64,000 bases of DNA, from contig OX597831.1 of assembly GCA_951406725.2 (NCBI GenBank), positions 34,224,001-34,288,000 on the forward strand, read 5' to 3'. The translations under genes were made by a program, and so were the position numbers. This document shows, in pieces, positions 54,216 through 64,000 of this stretch (the first letter of the stretch is position 1; every line of letters begins with the position of its first letter). The notes beneath the pieces were generated by a model. It was not told the DNA's origin and ran no database searches. It saw only the letters and a list, made by a program, of their open reading frames with translations. The stretch is from Octopus vulgaris. Taxonomy: Eukaryota.

Positions 54216-55363
54216 TGTTTGAAGTGATACACAGATTTTATACAGATATTAAGAAAAAAGAGAAAGAATTTTGGATAATTATTTATTAGCGCTTTTATCT
54301 CGTTCGTTTGTGGGACTCATCATATATGACTTTTTACAGAAAATTTTATACCTTCTTTTATATATCTGGAAAATGATGTTCTTCGATTTGGTTATCTATA
54401 TGTGTGTGTATATACATGCATGCGTACATATGAGCGTTCATGCATACGTGTGCACGCACGTGTGTGTGTAGTGAACCCTTGTGGGCCCGGCCCGGGGAAG
54501 AAAATAAGAGAAAAGCGAAAGGAAACTCGAAAGGAAGAAAGAAAGGATAAAGAATAGACAGAAGAAAGAAAGTCATAGAGAAAGGATCTTTTTTTCTGAG
54601 ATGGCTTTTATTGTATCTTTATAGTCAGTTGTTTCACAGCTGTTTGAAGTTTATGATATTTCAAGATGTCTGTTTTGTTTTAGTAATTGGTTTGAAGACG
54701 TCTTTCTCTCTCTTTCTTTCTGTGCAGGCATGTGTATGTAAGTATGTGATGAATGGGTGAGCAATGAGAGAGGGTGAACGAGAGAAAGACAAGAAGCCAG
54801 AAAAAAGGACAAGAAGGAGAAAAGAAAAAGAAAGAGCGAAAGAAAGAATGAAACAAAAAAAATGGGGCTCCTGGGATGGTTTGAATTATACTGTATTCAT
54901 ATGGTCAGCTTTTTGAAGTTGATGACAACACAAGATGTCAATTTTGCTTTAGCCATTCTTTTGGCATCATCTCTCTCTAACGGTATCGATAAAGACTAAC
55001 GGATATCTTTATGCAACGCTGGTCACAGTGACATACGCATTGTTTTAGCTTCCGAATGAAACCATACCCGCTGCCTAGACGAGCAAACCAGCATTCCCCC
55101 CAATGTTTGAAGTTTATATACAGGTTTTATACAGATATTAAGAAAAAAGAGGAAGACTTTTGGATAATTATTTATTAGCGCTTTTATCTCGTTCGTTTGT
55201 GGGACTCATCAGATATGACTTTTACAGAAAATTTTATACCTTTTTAATAAATCTGGAAAAGAATGTTCTTCGCTTTCGTTATCTATATGTGTGCGTATAT
55301 ACATGCGTGCCTACATATGTGCGTTCATGCATACGTGTGCGCGCACGTGTGTGTGTAGTGAAC
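54216..55363. repeat. Direct duplication of about 260 bp (54216-54476 and 55104-55363)
   Basis: Both copies contain ggataattatttattagcgcttttatctcgttcgtttgtgggactcatca and end gtgtgtgtagtgaac. Confidence 0.9.
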
Positions 55364-55472
55364 ACTTGGGTTTCACTACACACAGACAAAACAGAACGCG
55401 TAGCCCGGCCCTGGATTCGAAATCACGATCTAGCGATTGTAATTGCAAACCCTTATCCAGTAGGACACGCAC

Positions 55473-55503
<31 letters not shown>

Positions 55504-55504
55504 T

Positions 55505-55577
<73 letters not shown>

Positions 55578-56522
55578 TATATAACGTACACGTAGGAGAG
55601 ACAAAGAAGGACCCTAATTCTTCATCAGTTATCGACCAAAAATGCTAATACTCAGTTTCGCGTCTTTAACGATAAGACTGAGAACTTCGCATATCGGCGG
55701 CACCCGCAACATTTGTGTAGAATTAGAGCTCGAGCAAGCAAGACAATACAGGGTGGACGTATGAAAGTAAACAAATGTAATTTGAAACGATAGACGAAGA
55801 TGGAATAAATACAACCTTTCCGCCAAAGACGAGGGTGTTGGATAACGCCGAGATTGTTTTCTGACCCAAGAGCCTATGAAATTTGGCCTACACCTAGGCA
55901 TGAATACCTAGGTATGTCTTCATTCTCTTCATTCATGCCGAAACCCACACTCCACATTTCGGTATTTTTTCTCCGAACCAAAATTCAAATTTCTAATTCG
56001 TCTGAAGAAAATATTTTCTTTTTTTTTTCATGATGAAATTGAATTATTTATCAATAATAGAACGCGTCTGAAAGAGCTGTAGTTAACCTTTAATCCATTG
56101 TGTTCTTATCTTTATAAATATATATACTACACTCATACATCGTCTTCAACAACCATTTTGTGTGCACAGTTGGGACAGACCATGCCTTTCTTTTGCTGGG
56201 CTCAAATCTGATATGCAGACCCATGAAAAGTGAACGTCCACTAACTAATCTGCCAATCTACCTGTGAATACCTGTCAATGCCGTGTATGCCATAAGGTCT
56301 GCAAATCTAAGGGAGGCCTCAAGACACATTTTAAGATCCGCAAAGATCAGAACTGAACTGCCGTTCTTGGTGGTCCAAACCAGATATGCAATCTATGTGG
56401 GTGTCTTTTCAATAGTCTGGTTTAAAAAGCCACATCAGCCGCCATGATAAATATAAGGTGTAAGTACAAAAGGCAATGAAACTCTGCATAAGGAGTAGAC
56501 AACCACCATACGCACGCACGCA

Positions 56523-56561
<39 letters not shown>

Positions 56562-56570
56562 ACACACATA

Positions 56571-57051
56571 TATAGGAACAATCAGTATATGATTTATTAA
56601 ACGCTGTTCAACAAATTCATTCATATTTATGTAATGTGGGAGATTAGCTGTTAAAATGGATTATAGCTTTTATTTATCATGTTTCTATACAATTTGTTTC
56701 ATACAAAAAGATTCAGGTATTCACAATAGAAAATCGTAATAGTCATATTTGAATCGAATAGGCATGATTGCAAAAACGAATACATGGATCCAATATGATA
56801 AGCAAGAGAAAATCTATGTACTTCTGACATAATTTTTAGTTTTTATACCAGCTGCTGACGAGTACCAATATGACTATTACGATTTTCTGTTATAAATATC
56901 TCGAGGCTTTTTATATGAAACAAATTGTAATGCAACAAGAAAAATAAAAACTATTATCCATTTTAACATTTAATCTCCTCCATTACATAAATATGAATGA
57001 ATTTCTTGAACTGTGTTTAATAAGTTAAATAATATACTGATTATTCCTATA
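56571..57051. repeat. Older, diverged inverted repeat (arms about 180 bp) with a hammerhead-like remnant
   Basis: aaattcattcatatttatgtaatg versus cattacataaatatgaatgaattt; aaaatcgtaatagtcatatt versus aatatgactattacgatttt; CTGACGA...GAAA CAAATTG TA at 56855-56929. Confidence 0.78.
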
Positions 57052-57158
57052 CAAGTTTTCTTACCTATACGAATTTATATAAGAAAATTTAAAAGTATGA
57101 AGAAATATTAGAAATTTTTTGGAAATTATTTCAATTAAACGTCGAACTCGTATTCATC

Positions 57159-57201
<43 letters not shown>

Positions 57202-57779
57202 ATGTGTGTGTGTGTGTGTATGTGTGTGCGTGTGTGTGTGTGTGTGTGTGTAGTTCACTGGAAGCATTGTATATTGTTTGTAAAATATAACGTGTCTTGA
57301 CACGTTATATTTTACACACATATATATCATGGACTCTCCCGTCGTTAGACGACGTATAAGGTTTCGGCAATTTCGTGCCGAACAACCTGACAGATGATTT
57401 GTTTATAGTGATCATGTGCTTGTGTACACATAACCTCACTCCCTCCATCAAATTGGCATTACCTGTTCAGGTGCACCGTGCGCCACATGTCATGATGAAA
57501 TGATCGCAGAGCAACTTGAAATGAAGTGCTTTGGAAATCGAAACCACGATCTCATAATCGCGAGTGCAACAGCCTAACCACTGAGCCATGCACCTTCACA
57601 ATATATATATATATATATATATATAAAACTTTTTAACCTAAATATTCTTGACAAGTCACACAATGACGAAAACCGGTTTGAATAAATATAAATTTATATA
57701 TTTTATCAAGTTCTCATTTCATTAAAATTTTCTTTCATTTGAGCATTCTGCATTTTTACAATTTTTCCTTGCTATATAT

Positions 57780-57907
<128 letters not shown>

Positions 57908-57975
57908 GAAGGTGCATGGCTCGGTGGTTAGGCTGTTGCACTCGCGATTATGAGATCGTGGTTTCGATTTCCAAA

Positions 57976-58003
<28 letters not shown>

Positions 58004-58008
<5 letters not shown>

Positions 58009-58855
58009 AAATAAAAAAATGGAGGAATAGATTTCTATCAATCATCAACTACTAGATAATACCAATTCATATAATTTATTGATAATAATAATATTAATAG
58101 CCTTTTGTAATGTAATGCAATGAACTCTGGACTTTGTATATGTACACTTTCATGTGGATATGTGTATGTATGTATATTCTAGTATATTGATTTGACTAAC
58201 TGTAACCATATGTGTATGTATATTATTATGTATATACATATATATATGTATATGCAGGTGTATATACACTTATATGTATATGTACTTATTCTTGTATATG
58301 TGTACCTTCTCTAATATTCATATTTGCACTTTATATCTTCATTTTATACCTCTATAATCGTACTTTATAATCTCTGACGAGTCCTTGATATATATATATA
58401 AGTAACACATTTATAACCGCATATTACCTTAATACATCTGACTAATATGAGCATAATGAGATACTCTTATCTACAGGCTGAAACAGCTGTAAGATCCATT
58501 TTATATTTATATGTATTGTTCTTATGGTATTATCTTACTCATTGATATGTACTGTTTTATTCTGTATTATTCTGTTTGATCTGGATGTTCCTAAATAATT
58601 AGTTAATAAATTATATGAATTGGTATTATCTAGTAGTTGATGATTGATAGAAATCTATTCCTCCATTTTCTTATTTTGTATTATGAATTTGAGGTACAAC
58701 ATTTTACCTTCGCCCATATAATTCTATACATGAATTAATTGCATTGCACTTCTTAGCATTTATGTATTAGCCTTTCTGGGTACTTTACTGGCAGTATATT
58801 GGATAAATGTTATCCCATAGTGGGTTACACTCACAACCCCTATCTCACTTTGTAA

Positions 58856-58857
<2 letters not shown>
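58004..58857 (+). mobile_element. (TA)n-bounded module with 77-bp inverted arms enclosing a hammerhead-like motif; probable Penelope-like terminus
   Basis: Arms 58004-58080 and 58605-58681 are nearly identical. Confidence 0.6.
58370..58495 (+). ncRNA. Candidate minimal type I hammerhead ribozyme, sense to the host pre-mRNA
   Basis: ATCT CTGACGA gtcct...aggct GAAA CAGCTG TA AGAT: perfect 4-bp stem I, intact core, palindromic ACAGCTGT, long and imperfect stem II. Confidence 0.5.
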
Positions 58858-58898
<41 letters not shown>

Positions 58899-58900
<2 letters not shown>

Positions 58901-59056
58901 CGCAGGAGTGGCTGTGTGGTAAGTAGCTTGCTTACCAACCACATGGCTCTTGATTCAGTCCTACTGCGTGTCTCCTAGGGCAAGTGTCTTTTAGTATAGC
59001 CTCGGACCGACCAAAACCTTGTGGAAACTGAAAGAAACTGAAAGAAGCCAGTTGTA

Positions 59057-59113
<57 letters not shown>

Positions 59114-59292
59114 GTGTGTATATGTTTGTGTGTCTGTGTCTGTTACCTCAACATCGTTTGACGAACATAGCGGTTCGACAAAAGAGACCGATAGAATAAG
59201 TATTAGGCTTACAAAGAATAAGTCCTGGTGTCGATTTGCTCGACTAAAGGTGGTGCTCCAGCATGGCCGCAGTCAAATGACTGAAACAAGTG
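58899..59292 (+). mobile_element. SINE family A
   Basis: Head, internal TA/TG run and tail. Confidence 0.88.
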
Positions 59293-59454
59293 AGATATAT
59301 ATATATCTATGATTTCATAAAAATACAACAAACTGAAATATTACAAAATCACATCAACATTCGTAGCGTATATATATTTGAGTGTGCGTGTGTGTGTGTG
59401 TTTGTATGTGAGTGTGTATGCGTGCGTGTGTGTGTTTGTGTGTTCGTGTGTGTA

Positions 59455-59509
<55 letters not shown>

Positions 59510-59601
59510 AAACACGACAAACAAATTTACGACTTTTTAAACACTTTTTCTTGTCACATATATCTGATTATAATTTCTGTTAAATTGTTTATTCTTTCCA
59601 G

Positions 59602-59662
59602 GTTTACCGGTGCCGTTCATATTGGTTTGGGCTGTAATACAAATGAAGAGAACAAGCAACGA
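59602..59662 (+). CDS. Next exon (61 nt, phase 1 to 2) of the same GPCR: TM4 to start of ECL2
   Basis: Acceptor ttgtttattctttccag, donor GA|gtaagt. G+GT completes the Gly of IGWG, then LPVPFILVWAVIQMKRTSN, the GWGxP...W motif of class B TM4. Too short to appear in the ORF track in this frame. Confidence 0.92.
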
Positions 59663-59797
59663 GTAAGTTTTGATTTATGACGTCAGTAATATCATTCCAT
59701 TAATCTTATATAACGTCACCATTATACTTATATTAGTTTTCTATCTCCATCTCTCAACACATTTTGTTTTTTGAAAATCATTGCGCTTCTGTCTGTA

Positions 59798-59838
<41 letters not shown>

Positions 59839-60411
59839 TTGAGACGTAAATACAGACGAGAAAGCGAACAGATTAATTTGGTACATGAGGTAAGTGTTAT
59901 TTATGATTGTAAATATTCACATCTGGTTTTTCGAACTTGGCGATAATAATTTTAAGTTTAGAAATGAAATATGTTATATATTGTACATCATTCAGAGTAT
60001 ATAGCAGAGTATATGCGTGCAGGGGAAAATGTTTCTGGGTAAAAAACAAGATCATGAAATAAGTGGAAACAAAAACATAAATGTTTACTATTTAGATCAC
60101 GAATAACTGTGACGAAAGAATTCTATGTACGCGGAGGGGAAAAGTGGTGTCTGCCTTTATTTCGAAAGACTGTTCGTTCCTAAAATTTGATCTCGAATTA
60201 GTTTCCAAGCCGTTGAGGGTATCGTCCCTTCATGTCACAGAACAGCAAAACAAATATTGTGCAATATAGTGTGACATACCCCGGTTATAATAAAAATCGG
60301 GTTTCCTTTTGTAAAGGAGTTGGAATACACAAGCAAGAAACTCTACAATCAGGAATAAGGAAAATCTTCTTGAACGAATATCGTTTCATAAATGTTCAAG
60401 AGATGATCATA

Positions 60412-60645
60412 CTCTTTTACTCTTTTACTTGTTTCAGTCATTTGACTGTGGCCATGATGGAGCACCGCCTTTAGCCGAGAAAATCAACCTCAGGACTTAT
60501 TCTTTGTAAGTCTAGTACTTATTTTATCGGTCTCTTTTGCCGAACCGCTAAGTTACGGGGATGTAAACACACCAGCATCGGTTGTCAAACGATGTTGGGG
60601 GACAAACACAAACACACAAATATACACACACACACATACATACAC

Positions 60646-60744
<99 letters not shown>

Positions 60745-60908
60745 TACGACGGGCTACTTTCAGTTTCCATCTACTGAATCCACTCACAAGGCTTTGGTCG
60801 GCCAAGACTATAGTAGAAGACACTTGCTCAAGGTGCCACGCAGTGGGACTGAACCCGGAACCATGGGATTCGTAAGCAAGTTACTTACCACACAGCCACT
60901 CCTACGCC
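60412..60908 (-). mobile_element. SINE family A, full length
   Basis: Complete reverse-complement copy with an internal (TA)n. Confidence 0.9.
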
Positions 60909-61156
60909 TATATAGGGGCTGGACCTGAGATTTTGTAGGAGGGCGTTAGACAGTAGCATCGACCACACCACAGTGCTTGTCTGTTACTTATTTCATCGAC
61001 CTCAAATAGATGAAGGCAATGTCGACAATGTCACGCAGTAGGGCTGACCTCTGAATCATGTGGTTGAAAAGCAAGCTTCTTACCACACAACCACGCCTAT
61101 GTGTGTATGTATGTGCGTATGATGTATGTATTGTGTGTGTGTGTATGTGTGTGTGT

Positions 61157-61194
<38 letters not shown>

Positions 61195-61908
61195 GGCGTG
61201 TATGTGTATGTCTGTGTGAGTGTGTATTAGTTGAAAGTGTATGACACTTCAAACCTGCTTTTAGCACACAGAAACTTCAGTCTGTCGCATCGTTTATACA
61301 TAACCTATGTACGGATCGTTCCCTTTAAAATACAGGAAGATCTCATTAAATGAATGTCTGTGAGCAAGGTAAACTAATATAAAATTTCGTGGTCTAACTA
61401 AATTTATAAACAGTTCAAGGTAAATATATTGAAATATATGGATATTATATAACCGGTATTTTAAAATTAAGATCCGGCTATATAATATATTAATATTCAT
61501 TGCTCAAAGATATATGTGTATCTAATTATGTGTGAGAGTGATTATATGTTCTCTCTCTCTCTCTCTCTCTCTCTCAGAATATATATATATGTGTACATAC
61601 ATACATATATATATATGTATATATATATATATACACGCACATGCACGCACACATACTTGTATAAACATATGTCTATATCTAAATAAACACGTGCACTTAT
61701 ATGTTTCTGCGTATAAGTAGAATCACACATTTAAACGCGAACACGCGCGAATGAAGTTATGCATGTGTGCGTGTGTGTGTATATGTGCGCGTGCATGTGT
61801 GTATGCATATGCATACATGTATGTATATGTATGATACATATATATATCTTTTAGTATGCAAAATAGCTCATTACATACGTATATATATATATATATGTGT
61901 ATATATAC

Positions 61909-61954
<46 letters not shown>

Positions 61955-62067
61955 CTTCTGCCTGAAGCCAGAACGCCATGATGGACCGTTAGCTCCTACA
62001 CGCATATTTTTCTCTCCTTGTTTCTTTTCTGTGTATCTTTCTGTCGAAGAGAGAGAGAGAGAGAGAG

Positions 62068-62151
<84 letters not shown>

Positions 62152-62254
62152 GTGTGTATGTTCTCTGTGTGTTATTGTATTTACAATTATCATTACGCCA
62201 CATTGCTGTAATAACTAAATGAATATCTCTCATACGCCATTTCTTCTTCTGCAG

Positions 62255-62318
62255 TTGCTGGACCAAAGAATCTATTTATGATTACATCCATCACATTCCC
62301 GTCTTTGTCGTCTTATTG
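62255..62318 (+). CDS. Next exon (64 nt, phase 2 to 0) of the same GPCR: ECL2 CW motif and TM5
   Basis: Acceptor tttcttcttctgcag, donor TTG|gtatgt. GA+T gives Asp, then CWTKESIYDYIHHIPVFVVLL, comparable to CW...DYIYQGPMILVLL of CRF receptors. Phases match the previous exon. Confidence 0.92.
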
Positions 62319-62698
62319 GTATGTTTACTCACCTTGATTAATTTCATTCCGTTTATTTTGTTCCTTATGCCATTGTTCTAGCTGTTGGGAGAGGAGCAGA
62401 TGGGGAAAGAAGAGGAGGAGCAGCTGGGGGAAGGAGAGAAGGAGGAGCTAACAGAGAAACAAACCTAGTAGTCATTCCATTGGTCGCTTTTTTTTTTGCC
62501 GAACAGTTAGAAGTACAGGGATGTAAATAGAGCAACACCGATTCATAAGCAGTGGTGGGTGCAAAAACAAACACAAAGACGTGCGCACACGCACACACAG
62601 AGACGCACACTCACACACAGGCATGCGAGCGGGCACACACACATACCTCGGGATTATTTCAGCTTCCCTCTTTAAATGCATCCACAAGTTATTGGTAT

Positions 62699-62735
<37 letters not shown>

Positions 62736-62817
62736 GCTACTATTACTACTACTACTACTACTACCACCACCACCACCACTACTGCTGCAGCTGCTACTAC
62801 TACTATTACTGCTGCTG

Positions 62818-62882
<65 letters not shown>
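62699..62882. repeat. (CTA)n trinucleotide microsatellite with CCA/CTG interruptions
   Basis: Seen directly. Confidence 0.97.
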
Positions 62883-62883
<1 letters not shown>

Positions 62884-63804
62884 GGTGGTGATCTGGTAAA
62901 ATCATTATCACGCCGAGGTGAAAAACAGCGGTATTTCGTCTGCCGCTACGTTCTATGTTCAAGTTCCGCCGAGGTCGACTTTGCCTCTCATCCTTTCGGG
63001 GTCGATAAAATAAATTCCATTTGAACCACAGGGGTCGATGTAATCGACTCATCCCCTCCCCCATCTCCACGAAGCTGCCTTTCTGGCGAAATTTGAAATA
63101 ATAATTATTATTATTACCAAGCGGCGAGCTGCTCTCACACTACTTCTGCTCATGATCAGATAAACAGTGCATGATCTTGCAGGTGGGGCCCAGTTAGAAT
63201 TTTCTACTGGTCGTCTAGCCCATCCCGCTGAAAGGGTCCCTGAATAAGGATTGTTTAAGGATGTTGAACGAACTGCCCATGTTTCCAAAGGTGAATTATT
63301 CAAACCTCTAAGAATTCCTTTCAACACACGGCTATGATGCTCCCCCAATACTTCTGCTCGTGATCAGAGATGCACATATCGTCAGCCACTAAGGCGCATG
63401 CTCACCTGGTTGGTCAAGCAACTGACAAGCAAATCTGTGGTATTGAGCAGAACATTTGCAGTAGCCCATCTTTTATACCAAGACAAAACAATGTACATGA
63501 TAACACTTCCAATCAGTTGAGATGAGAGCCACTGCCTGGTACTACATCAGGGCATTTATTATTATTATTGTTGCTGTTGTTGTTCTTATCATCATTATTA
63601 TTAAAGCTGTGAGCTGTCAGAATCGTTGGCACGCAGGGCAAATGCATCGTGGCATTTTGTCCAACATTGTGATCTGAATTCAAATTCTGTCAGTGCCTGT
63701 CATCCTTTCGGGATCGGTAAATTAAGTACCAGTGAAACACTGAGGTCAATGTAATCGACTATCCACCACCCCAAATTGCAGGACTTGTGCCTTTAGTAGA
63801 AAGG

Positions 63805-63810
<6 letters not shown>
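62883..63810 (+). mobile_element. Two SINE family C units (62883-63100, 63604-63810) with (ATT)n tails, flanking an unclassified retroposon-like segment (63135-63570)
   Basis: Family C motif present twice. The middle segment has an internal repeat tacttctgctc(a/g)tgatcaga and an (ATT)n tail. Confidence 0.7.
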
Positions 63811-63860
<50 letters not shown>

Positions 63861-64000
63861 CATTATTATTATTATTATTACTATTATTATTATTATAATT
63901 AGAAGCATAAAAAAGAAGAGTGCCATTGTTATCAAGTGAACGATATTTCAGCATCTAGCGTGCTTTCCACAGGTCAAAAAAATAAACTTGTCAATCCACT

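Noticed and set aside
56003-56082. CTGAAGA...GAAAGAGCTGTA as a further hammerhead; similar weak cases near 33070, 36890 and 60100
   Set aside because: Stems I and II could not be paired convincingly, so they were left out of the count.
62552-63070. Poly-Y, poly-L, poly-T and poly-V ORFs
   Set aside because: Frames of a (CTA)n microsatellite running into a SINE.

Overview
Eukaryotic, AT-rich, microsatellite-dense DNA. The SINE families and simple-repeat load strongly resemble an Octopus (coleoid cephalopod) genome; this is inferred, not looked up. The only credible host coding sequence is three small + strand exons (21675-21828, 59602-59662, 62255-62318) that splice in frame into TM3-ICL2-TM4-ECL2-TM5 of a class B1 (secretin-family) GPCR of the CRF/DH44-receptor type. 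They are separated by introns of 37,773 and 2,592 nt. The rest is intron, filled with several tRNA-derived SINE families (many with target-site duplications and shuffled heads and tails), decayed Tc1/mariner/DD37D transposases, RTE-type LINE 3' ends and simple repeats. The most notable unexplained structure is about a dozen minimal hammerhead-ribozyme-like motifs (CTGANGA...GAAA-palindrome-TH) in short modules bounded by microsatellites, several inside long fold-back inverted repeats, as expected of Penelope-like element termini. There are also repeated signs of local templated inverted duplication and one pre-miRNA-like hairpin. Almost all ORFs in the supplied track are microsatellite artefacts. 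Coordinates were read by eye; repeat boundaries are approximate.
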